From assembly GCA_038245405.1 (NCBI GenBank), contig JBBRSO010000002.1, forward strand, positions 2,366 to 66,365: DNA of 64,000 nucleotides. Direction: 5' to 3'. The notes under the pieces are model-generated. The model made no database searches. It was not told the DNA's origin and was given only the letters and a program-made list of their open reading frames with translations. Made by a program: the position numbers and the translations under genes. This DNA is from Bacteroidales bacterium (GTDB taxonomy: Bacteria; Bacteroidota; Bacteroidia; Bacteroidales; VadinHA17). This document shows positions 56,504 to 64,000 of this stretch, in pieces (position 1 is the stretch's first letter; the number at the start of each line of letters is the position of its first letter).

Positions 56504-59500
56504 TCATGTGCCGGGTTTTTCCACAGTAAAGACAACAGGTAATTCAAAGTAGAAGACAGAGCCTTTATTTACTTCTGACTCAAACCAGATGCGGCCGTTC
56601 GCATTTTCAATGTATTTCCTCACAATTGAGAGACCGAGGCCAGTACCCGATGATTTTGTTGTAAAATTCGGGGTAAATAACTTTTTACGTAATTCCTCCG
56701 GTATGCCTGATCCGTTATCTGAAACTGATACTATCACTTTATTCTTTATTACTTCAAGACCTATGGTTATAAGTCCTGCTTTTTCTGCCGGCACAGATTG
56801 TATTCCGTTTTTAATTAGATTTGAAAAGACACCATTCAGTTGTTCTTTGTCGGCATATATTACAATTTTTGTTTCGTGCGGCCAATGAACCCGGAAAGTG
56901 ACATTATCAGTATTCTTAAAAAGCTCGAGAGACAGCTTTATCTGATCAAGAATATTTACTTCTACCGGGTTAGTAACTGGCATCTTGGCAAAGGATGAAA
57001 AAGCTGATGCTATAGAGGAAAGATTATCGATATACTCGATCTGGTTTTTTGTAAAACGTTCAATAGTTTTATCAAAACCCGGAACGTTATCATTCCATGA
57101 TTTAAGAAGCTGCTGAACATTCAGTTTCATTGGAGTAAGAGGGTTCTTGATCTCATGAGCTACCTGTTTGGCCATCTCCCTCCAGGCATACTCCCTCTCC
57201 GAATCAGCCAGCTTATGAGTGCTGTCTTCAATCTCATCAACCATGCGGTTATATTGCTTCACCAGCTCGCCAATCTCATCATGCCCACTATATTCGAGAT
57301 GCTCGCTCTTCTTCCCTACTCCCACTGTAGCAAGACCTTCACCCAGCATCGCAAGAGGCGCTGTAAGCCTGCCACTTATAATCACCGCCAGACCCATGGT
57401 AATCAGGATCAGTAAAAGCGTAAAATTGATTACAGCTACAACTAAATTAGAGATCTCCTTTGCTAAAACGCTTTGCATCCGGAAATATGGAAGATTAAGA
57501 TATCCAATTACCTTATTATCAGCATTTAATATTGGAATATAAGCTGACAGGTATTCTAGTTTCCCGATTTGTTCTTTCTGATAGAACTCTCCTCCTACTG
57601 TTTTGAGATTGTTAAAAGCTGTTTTGTTGATACGCGGACCGGTAAGATCGCGATCAAAAATCTCCTGTCGTGATGTTGCAATAAGAAACCCTGTTGTATT
57701 GTAGAGATTAATATCTGTATTGAAAATATTTGAAAGCTTTATCAGCATCTCATTCAGTGATGCATAACCATCTCCTTTCCAGTCTGAAGAGAGATGCATC
57801 TCATCCAGCAGCTTACTCCCGATCTCCATATTTACCGAGTTGAGCTTCTCCTTCATGTTCTCGTAATGCTTTGACTTATACTGATTGATAGTTATGTATG
57901 CTACCACTACTCCTATCAGAATGAATGAGGATAACAGGATTAAGATGTATGAAAGCTGCAGTTTCTGCCTGAAGTTAAACAGTCCAATGTTTTTTACTAC
58001 AGGCTTTCTTATCAGCATAACAAAAACGTTGGAAAGGAATAGGATAAATGAAAAGATATAAGCGAAAGAAATAATAATATCTCCTGGAGTCAGTAGAGGT
58101 CTGCTGACAATAACTGTGGTATTTCCACTTTTCAAAAGTACATGCTTAAATCCGTCTGCACTGAAAACTCTGTAGCTAGTATACTTGCCAATATACTCAG
58201 TATCTGACTTATCATACGAAAAGTCACCCGTACTCAGCACCATTTCTCCGTTTATATATTTTGCAAAGGAATTATTTTTTAAACCCGAATAACCATGATT
58301 TCTCTTATCGAGCAGTAGTTCATAATAACCCGGTTGAAAAATATTTACATCATTATAAATCTCAATAAACAACCCGTTAGTTTTGTTTTTCCCTGTATCA
58401 TAAAATAATCTTCCCAGGTAATCAGATCTTCCGCCCTGGTTATCAATAAAATAAAAATTTGTTCCGGTAAGTCTTCTTCCGTCGCGTTTAATACGTTCAT
58501 CAAAAAAATTAAAACAGTCCTGATACTTTTCTTTTCCTGTCACCAGTGGTTGGTTATTCTGGCACAGAACCAGGCTGAAATGATAATCTCTGCGGAAACC
58601 CGAGAAATACGAATTCTGCAGATAGTCATAAATCTTTTCATAGTTATCCCTGTCGAACAAATCAGCCTTCATTAAGGATGAAAGCAAGGTATCATTTGCA
58701 ATCACAGGCCACAGATCGAGCAGATGGTGCTCTGCCGCCGGATCGTGCTCAGTTGATAGCGCAACTGCCTGTGTTTTAAGATTTTCTGTAATTTTATCTT
58801 CAGAAAGCGTTGTCACAAAATAAAGGAGATATGTTCCTGTAAACACTGAAAAGATAACGGTCAGATTAAAAAGCCCTGGTATTTTCCCCGACAACAGCCA
58901 TAACCCTGTCTGCATAACCATGAAGAATAAAACAATTGGTACCAGGGTTTCAGGTGAGTTAAGGAAAAACAGAGCAAGGAAAAATGACGAGAATAAAATA
59001 GATGGAACTACTATGGCAGGTTTTAAGTACCTGGCCGACCTGAATATTATAAAAAAATAAAATACGGGTATCAGGAGAAGCAGGAAAACAGAAACAAAAC
59101 CCAGTAATGTAAAAACACTCAATTCCAGTACTTTATATGTCTCAAAATTGATATTTGATGTAAGTACAAGCTGAGTTAGGATTTCATGGTAGAAATAAAC
59201 AATGACTGCCCCGGCAATCAACAAAACTGACAAAAACAGGAAGTTGGAAAATTTATCCCTTACTCTGATCTCATAGCCTGACAAATAACGGAACGCTACA
59301 ATTGACAATGAAGCTCCAAGAATACTCAGCACCAATAAATGACCCAGTGAAGGAATAAAGCTGTTTAATGTGAATCTGTAAGGAGAGAACAGCTCAGTTT
59401 GAAATATTACTGCAGGTTTTCCGGAGAACAAAATAAATGAATAGATCAGAATAAAGATTAAAAGTGAAGAGCATACAGCAATCGCTTTTCCCTTTACTGC

Positions 59501-60193
59501 AAGTCTCTTAATTACATCAAATACCAGGAGTAGCAGGAAAATAAATCCTCCTGTCCACAGGCATAATGGTATAAGGATGAAAAGGGTACTGCCCCTGGTT
59601 GTTGGGAACATAAGTGAGAAGAGAAAATCGCCCGTCTTATCGAAAACATGATATTCTGAATCCTTTTTCTCAGTGCTTAATCCGACATTGGCCGGAATCC
59701 GGAATTCATTGTCGAACCCGCTTCTAATAATATTATTTTCAAAGCTGTAATCAGAATGAAGACGTAAGAGTCCTATTATCTTTTCATTTCCTGACTGAAC
59801 AGTCTTTGTGAGAAACCATCCATTATGCAGGAAAACAAGCGGTTTACTAAACAGAGAATCGTTTAAAACAGAGGGGACATCGAAGTCATTATCTGACCAT
59901 AAAACCAGTTTTTTGTCAAAATAATATAATATAGTAATGCCATTTTTTTCTGCAGTGAAAAATATATTATTATCTGAATCCTTACGTGGACTATTTATCC
60001 CTGCAAGAATTGGTTTCATTGAATTAATACAATCATCCATTATCTGTTCCCGTTCGCTCAAGGTCCGGTTAAACATCTTTGTCCTGAAGCGGAATTCAAA
60101 ATCGCTAAAATATACCGATTCCGCTAACTGGGCCAGTACGATAAGCACTACTGTTACTACTATGAGAAATATGGTATGCCGGTGAGCTCTCAT
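56504..60193 (-). CDS. multi-pass sensor histidine kinase (1229 aa)
   Basis: A large N-terminal extracytoplasmic and poly-TM region, a HAMP-like linker, HisKA (VAHEIKNPLTPM) and HATPase_c (...DNGSGIPEE...GTGLGLSIV...). Confidence 0.9.
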   Translation of the reverse strand: MRAHRHTIFLIVVTVVLIVLAQLAESVYFSDFEFRFRTKMFNRTLSEREQIMDDCINSMKPILAGINSPRKDSDNNIFFTAEKNGITILYYFDKKLVLWSDNDFDVPSVLNDSLFSKPLVFLHNGWFLTKTVQSGNEKIIGLLRLHSDYSFENNIIRSGFDNEFRIPANVGLSTEKKDSEYHVFDKTGDFLFSLMFPTTRGSTLFILIPLCLWTGGFIFLLLLVFDVIKRLAVKGKAIAVCSSLLIFILIYSFILFSGKPAVIFQTELFSPYRFTLNSFIPSLGHLLVLSILGASLSIVAFRYLSGYEIRVRDKFSNFLFLSVLLIAGAVIVYFYHEILTQLVLTSNINFETYKVLELSVFTLLGFVSVFLLLLIPVFYFFIIFRSARYLKPAIVVPSILFSSFFLALFFLNSPETLVPIVLFFMVMQTGLWLLSGKIPGLFNLTVIFSVFTGTYLLYFVTTLSEDKITENLKTQAVALSTEHDPAAEHHLLDLWPVIANDTLLSSLMKADLFDRDNYEKIYDYLQNSYFSGFRRDYHFSLVLCQNNQPLVTGKEKYQDCFNFFDERIKRDGRRLTGTNFYFIDNQGGRSDYLGRLFYDTGKNKTNGLFIEIYNDVNIFQPGYYELLLDKRNHGYSGLKNNSFAKYINGEMVLSTGDFSYDKSDTEYIGKYTSYRVFSADGFKHVLLKSGNTTVIVSRPLLTPGDIIISFAYIFSFILFLSNVFVMLIRKPVVKNIGLFNFRQKLQLSYILILLSSFILIGVVVAYITINQYKSKHYENMKEKLNSVNMEIGSKLLDEMHLSSDWKGDGYASLNEMLIKLSNIFNTDINLYNTTGFLIATSRQEIFDRDLTGPRINKTAFNNLKTVGGEFYQKEQIGKLEYLSAYIPILNADNKVIGYLNLPYFRMQSVLAKEISNLVVAVINFTLLLILITMGLAVIISGRLTAPLAMLGEGLATVGVGKKSEHLEYSGHDEIGELVKQYNRMVDEIEDSTHKLADSEREYAWREMAKQVAHEIKNPLTPMKLNVQQLLKSWNDNVPGFDKTIERFTKNQIEYIDNLSSIASAFSSFAKMPVTNPVEVNILDQIKLSLELFKNTDNVTFRVHWPHETKIVIYADKEQLNGVFSNLIKNGIQSVPAEKAGLITIGLEVIKNKVIVSVSDNGSGIPEELRKKLFTPNFTTKSSGTGLGLSIVRKYIENANGRIWFESEVNKGSVFYFELPVVFTVEKPGT

Positions 60194-60207
60194 TGGATAG
60201 TCAGACC

Positions 60208-60681
60208 TTATTCATGATGATAAGGTTCTCCTTTCATAATTGTGAATACTCTATAAAGCTGTTCAAGAAACAATAATCGTACCAGTTGATGAGGGAAAGT
60301 CATCTTCGACAATGAGATATTATAATCTGCCCTTTTATAAAGATCGTCTGAAAAGCCCCACGCTCCGCCGATTATAAACAATATCCGTTTTTTGGGAAGA
60401 AGAAATACTTTCTCGAGCCATACTGAGAATTCTATGGTCCTTAACTCCTTTCCTCTTTCGTCAAGCAAGATCACATAGTCATCATCGCTTATGAACTGGA
60501 GGATCTTAGCTGCCTCTTTTACCTGATGTTCCTGAACTGGCATATTTTTTGTGTTCTTTACATCTTGAACGGTAAGTATTTCAAACCCTGTATATTTTTT
60601 TATCCGGTTTGTATAAAGATCGGCTAAAGCTGCAATGTTCGTATCATTTGTTTTGCCAGTCTGCAAGAGGGCGATCTTCAT
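60208..60681 (-). CDS. rlmH: 23S rRNA (pseudouridine1915-N3)-methyltransferase
   Basis: 157 aa. SPOUT fold with ...ILFIIGGAWGFSDDLYKRADYNISLSKMTFPHQLVRLLFLEQLYR... Confidence 0.9.
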   Translation of the reverse strand: MKIALLQTGKTNDTNIAALADLYTNRIKKYTGFEILTVQDVKNTKNMPVQEHQVKEAAKILQFISDDDYVILLDERGKELRTIEFSVWLEKVFLLPKKRILFIIGGAWGFSDDLYKRADYNISLSKMTFPHQLVRLLFLEQLYRVFTIMKGEPYHHE

Positions 60682-60821
60682 AAGAATCCTGAATATTTGA
60701 TTTATACGGAATTATTACAAAAATAGCATTTAAAAGATACACAAACACATTATCCTGTGCTCATTGTACAACAGGATGACCCTTAAGAATGAAATTTCCA
60801 TACGAATTATGAAAATATTGT

Positions 60822-60829
60822 TAAATTTG
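60822..60829 (+). promoter_or_regulatory. candidate -7 promoter box
   Basis: TAAATTTG (TAnnTTTG), 39 nt upstream of ATG 60868. Confidence 0.3.
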
Positions 60830-60867
60830 TTCGAGCGATATTTTTTTGTCCGCAATAATTAAACTAT

Positions 60868-61278
60868 ATGGCCATGAAATCTGTAACTATTATTCCGGTA
60901 ATATTAATTGCTATCAGCAGTCTCACTGCTCATGCTCAGGATCAGGCTAAAATTCCCGATGGCATATCAATGGCTATTAAAGCCGGTAATGCATCTGAAT
61001 TGTCAAAATACATGAATTCAACCATTGAACTTCTTCTTCTCGATAAAGAAGATTTCTATAAAAAAAATGTTGCTGAAACGATTCTTAAAGACTTTTTTGC
61101 AGAATACCAGACAAAAGATTTTACGATTCGTCATCAGGGAGCAAAGAATGACGCTCAATATGCAATTGGCAATCTGAAAACAGAGAAAGGTGACTTCCGG
61201 GTATATTTCCTGTTAAAAAAGGTGGATCAGGAATTGCTTATACATCAGATACGTATTGAATCGGACAATGGGAAATAA
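60868..61278 (+). CDS. DUF4783 domain-containing protein
   Basis: 136 aa. Signal peptide, then ...AIKAGNASELSKYMNSTIELLLLDKE...DFTIRHQG...YAIGNL.TEKGDFRVYFLLKK... is typical of DUF4783. Confidence 0.7.
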   Translation: MAMKSVTIIPVILIAISSLTAHAQDQAKIPDGISMAIKAGNASELSKYMNSTIELLLLDKEDFYKKNVAETILKDFFAEYQTKDFTIRHQGAKNDAQYAIGNLKTEKGDFRVYFLLKKVDQELLIHQIRIESDNGK

Positions 61279-62110
61279 GGTCCTACACGAATTCATATTG
61301 AGAAGCCTTGCCGAGGACGTGGGTGATGGAGATCATTCTTCACTTGCTTGTATTCAACCAGAAGCAACAGGGAAAGCAAAACTACTTATCAAAGAGAAGG
61401 GAATTCTTGCGGGAATGAAAGTTGCCACTGAACTATTCTCTGTCGTTGATAAAGACCTCGTGATCAAGGATATTCTTGATGATGGTTCAATAATACTCCC
61501 TGGTGATATCGCATTTTATGTTTATGGCAGGCAACAATCAATCCTTAAGTCAGAACGCCTGGTTTTGAATATCATGCAAAGGATGAGCGGAATTGCAACA
61601 AGCACAAATAAGTATGTGCTACAGCTCAAAGGATTAAAAACCAGAATACTCGATACGCGGAAAACAACACCCGGGTTCAGGTTTCTGGAGAAAGAGGCGG
61701 TGAGGATAGGCGGAGGAGAAAATCACCGTATGGGTTTGTATGATATGATAATGCTGAAAGATAATCATATCGATTATGCTGGTGGTATCGAAAAGGCGAT
61801 TATGAAAACCAGGAAATATCTGGAAAAAAATAAACTAAACTTAAAAGTTGAGATTGAGGCACGATCGGTTGAAGATGTGAAAACAATAGTGGCTGCAGGA
61901 GGAATTGATCGTATCATGCTGGATAATTTTAATATTGAACAGACGCTTATTGCTGTTACTCTAGTTGCCGGCAGATATGAAACCGAATCATCAGGTGGAA
62001 TAACTCTATCAACAATAAGGTCGTATGCTGAATGTGGTGTAGACTTCATTTCAGCAGGAGCCCTTACACATCATGTAAAAAGTCTGGATATGAGCCTAAA
62101 AGCCATATAG
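61268..62110 (+). CDS. nadC: nicotinate-nucleotide diphosphorylase (carboxylating)
   Basis: Start at ATG 61268 or 61256, overlapping the previous gene. ...LAEDVGDGDHSS..., ...ILDTRKTTPGFR..EK.AV..GGG.NHR.GL.D... and ...MLDNF... Confidence 0.9.
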   Translation: MGNKVLHEFILRSLAEDVGDGDHSSLACIQPEATGKAKLLIKEKGILAGMKVATELFSVVDKDLVIKDILDDGSIILPGDIAFYVYGRQQSILKSERLVLNIMQRMSGIATSTNKYVLQLKGLKTRILDTRKTTPGFRFLEKEAVRIGGGENHRMGLYDMIMLKDNHIDYAGGIEKAIMKTRKYLEKNKLNLKVEIEARSVEDVKTIVAAGGIDRIMLDNFNIEQTLIAVTLVAGRYETESSGGITLSTIRSYAECGVDFISAGALTHHVKSLDMSLKAI

Positions 62111-62120
62111 CTTCACCCTG

Positions 62121-63620
62121 TCAGCTGCAATGAAGAAATTTCCTGACGAGTTTTCCGATCTCCTCATTTTTATTATAAAGTTTTTCGCTCAGGCCTTTAT
62201 CATCATATGCCTTCAGCTTTGAGATAACGCTGTCGATAACACAGGAGGGGAATACACCATCTTTTTCGAAATAGCTTCTTTGATCGTGCAGACACTCGGC
62301 TGATTCCCAGCAGGAAGCCGGCAAAGACTCCAGCTTTTTCTTATCAGGGTTCTGAAAGATATTGTAATCAACATAAAGCTCTTCAGCTTTTTCAAGTGAA
62401 TTATCCATTTCCAGACCAAGCTCAGTACCGATTACGAGACCGGCGAACAGCTTATAAATATCCGACGAACCGTCAGGTGACCGTAGTTCCACAGTCTGTT
62501 TTGAAGGCATATTCTCGTACTCGGTGTTGTCGGCAGGATTAGCATCCCTAATCATGTTTGTTGCGCCGTTCCATCCCAGCGGCACACGCATGAGAACAGA
62601 ACGGTTCCTGTCGCCCCAGCAGATATTTGTTGGCGCTTCCTGGTGAGGGACGAGCCTAAGATATGATGTCGGGATAGTGTTCCCAAAAGCAGTGAGCGAT
62701 CTCGAGATTTCCAGTATGCCTGTCATCATTTTCCTGGCCACATTGCTCAGTTTCCCATTTTCGACCATAAGGTTCACCCCGTCTTTCTCTAGCATCATAT
62801 GGATATGCATGCCCGATCCTGCTTTTCCGACCGTAATTTTTGGAGCAAAGCTTACTTCCACGCCATATTCAGATCCGAGAATACGAATAATCCATTTTGC
62901 TATGAGCAGCTGATCGACAGCTTCATCTATTTCAACAGGAAGGAATTCTATCTCATGTTGTTCAAAATCCTCTCCGTCTTTTGAAAAACTGCCTACTTCT
63001 GAGTGACCATATTTGATTCTGCAACCAGCTTTCGCACAGAGCTCAAGAGCTTCGATCCTGAGGTCTTCAAATTTTGCAAATGGTTTCGACTGGTGGTATC
63101 CCTTCTGATCGGTAAGCGGGTAGAGACTATCGTGCTCAGATTTAATATAATATTCAAGTTCGCCGAAAGCCTTCATCACATAACCGGTTTTTTTCTTAAA
63201 GCGGGTATAAGCTTTCCTGAGAATATTTTCCGGAGCGCTTTCCAGCGGTTTACCTGTGTTATCATAAAACGAGCACAATATCTCCAGTGTTGGGATCTGA
63301 GAGAAAGGATTTACAAAGGCTGTTCTGAACCGGGGGATGACATAAAGATCGCTCGCACCCGACTCAATACATGAGAACAGACTTGACCCATCTACTCTCT
63401 CACCGGCTGTAAGGATTGATTCAAGGTGATCTCTGCTGAAGGGAACAAAATTGAGTGTTTTAAGTTTCCCATCGTCGGCCACATATCTGAAGTTCAGCAT
63501 TGAGATTCCTTTAGCTTCGATGAATCGGATGATATCTTCGCGGGTAAAGTTTTTAGCAGGTTTTTTAAGAAACTGAACCAGCTCATTCTGGTTCAACAAG
63601 ATATCATTGTTCTTTATCAT
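62121..63620 (-). CDS. glnA: glutamine synthetase (about 500-aa form)
   Basis: 499 aa. An N-terminal beta-grasp region and a catalytic domain with ...HSEVG..QHEIEF... and KAGSGMHIHM. Confidence 0.85.
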   Translation of the reverse strand: MIKNNDILLNQNELVQFLKKPAKNFTREDIIRFIEAKGISMLNFRYVADDGKLKTLNFVPFSRDHLESILTAGERVDGSSLFSCIESGASDLYVIPRFRTAFVNPFSQIPTLEILCSFYDNTGKPLESAPENILRKAYTRFKKKTGYVMKAFGELEYYIKSEHDSLYPLTDQKGYHQSKPFAKFEDLRIEALELCAKAGCRIKYGHSEVGSFSKDGEDFEQHEIEFLPVEIDEAVDQLLIAKWIIRILGSEYGVEVSFAPKITVGKAGSGMHIHMMLEKDGVNLMVENGKLSNVARKMMTGILEISRSLTAFGNTIPTSYLRLVPHQEAPTNICWGDRNRSVLMRVPLGWNGATNMIRDANPADNTEYENMPSKQTVELRSPDGSSDIYKLFAGLVIGTELGLEMDNSLEKAEELYVDYNIFQNPDKKKLESLPASCWESAECLHDQRSYFEKDGVFPSCVIDSVISKLKAYDDKGLSEKLYNKNEEIGKLVRKFLHCS

Positions 63621-63800
63621 ATCAGTTCAGATAAGAGTTAACTGGCGCAAAATAAGCAAATAAGATCAGAGGAAATATGATAAATAGCGGGTTTTGGGAA
63701 TTCCGCAATCCGGACTCCGCTCAAAGTGTAGACAGCGTGATGGCCAAAGGCATTTGCACAAAAAAGTGTGAGGTTGGCATATCCGGACTCCTTTTCTTCG

Positions 63801-63834
63801 TTTCACTTCTTTTGGAAGAGCAAAAGAAGTGAAA
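63801..63834. other. perfect 14-bp stem hairpin in the glnA upstream region
   Basis: TTTCACTTCTTTTG (63801-63814), loop GAAGAG, CAAAAGAAGTGAAA (63821-63834). There is no U-tract on either strand. Confidence 0.5.
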
Positions 63835-64000
63835 ATAATGACTCGAATGCAGGGAGTATAAACTGCACCCAATCAATGCTAATTTCAAAAATTTGATAGT
63901 AGCCTGTAGATCCCTTTCAGGTATTTAACTGAACTTGGCAGATCTCTGCAGAGATTTGACATTCTAAAATAAAATTCATTACTTTCGGGGCGAAGAAATA

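Noticed and set aside
63666-63872. The 68-aa ORF on the minus strand upstream of glnA.
   Set aside because: It is Cys/Arg-rich and low-complexity, spans the hairpin and repeat motifs, has no start context and resembles nothing I recognise. It is most likely non-coding.
1-64000. A search by eye for rRNA, tRNA, tmRNA, RNase P, SRP RNA, CRISPR arrays, transposases and known defence-system genes.
   Set aside because: No cloverleaf-like or conserved core motifs turned up in the intergenic gaps (3996-4617, 24609-24873, 32468-33075, 36085-36375, 40832-41000, 60682-60867, 63621-64000). I saw no regularly spaced direct repeats and no nuclease, helicase or methylase-type ORFs. A by-eye scan cannot exclude small RNAs.

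Overview
This 64-kb window looks like a chromosomal segment from a Bacteroidota genome. The signs are a PorP/SprF gene next to a T9SS cargo protein with a gliding-motility C-terminal domain, TAnnTTTG -7 boxes, DUF families typical of the phylum, and almost no Shine-Dalgarno sites. All functional calls come from motif and family recognition by eye, because no searches could be run.

Layout:
- (i) 0.2-9.6 kb: a copper/heavy-metal island. It holds a secreted protein, a broken multicopper oxidase, a Met-saturated repeat protein, a small SD-driven membrane peptide, a CxxCH lipoprotein, an OM barrel, a DUF4396 relic, DUF3347, a haem-binding-domain protein, a CPH-type P1B ATPase and a small Met/Trp peptide.
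- (ii) 9.6-18.7 kb, minus strand: a stress and central-carbon block with tandem-Usp, DUF1003, phosphoketolase, acetate kinase, 6-phosphogluconate dehydrogenase, an MlaD-like protein and a Zn-ADH.
- (iii) 18.8-20.9 kb: a second small metal cassette (paralogous promoter region plus Met-rich protein, DUF302, DUF305). It is flanked by two copies of the 3' end of a glucoamylase/GH144-like gene, and the longer copy is itself a deletion pseudogene.
- (iv) pgm, then two paralogous lipoproteins.
- (v) 24.9-30.4 kb: a five-gene cluster of LolA-like protein, two FtsX permeases, an ATPase and a barrel.
- (vi) TIGR02757, an orphan ABC ATPase, tatA and secDF. secDF is flanked by hairpin-rich repeat elements.
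- (vii) An MFP-FtsX-TolC efflux operon with no ATPase gene.
- (viii) Housekeeping genes: glmM, rluB-like, era, der.
- (ix) 46-56.4 kb: a T9SS adhesin locus with a beta-propeller/SpoIIE regulator.
- (x) A giant histidine kinase, rlmH, DUF4783, nadC and a 499-aa glutamine synthetase.

I saw no rRNA, tRNA, CRISPR array, transposase or integrase.

The most interesting material is the duplicated Met-rich protein module with its conserved repeat-bearing upstream region. Next are the evidence that this module was inserted as a cassette, the cluster of gene relics, and the structured intergenic elements around secDF.
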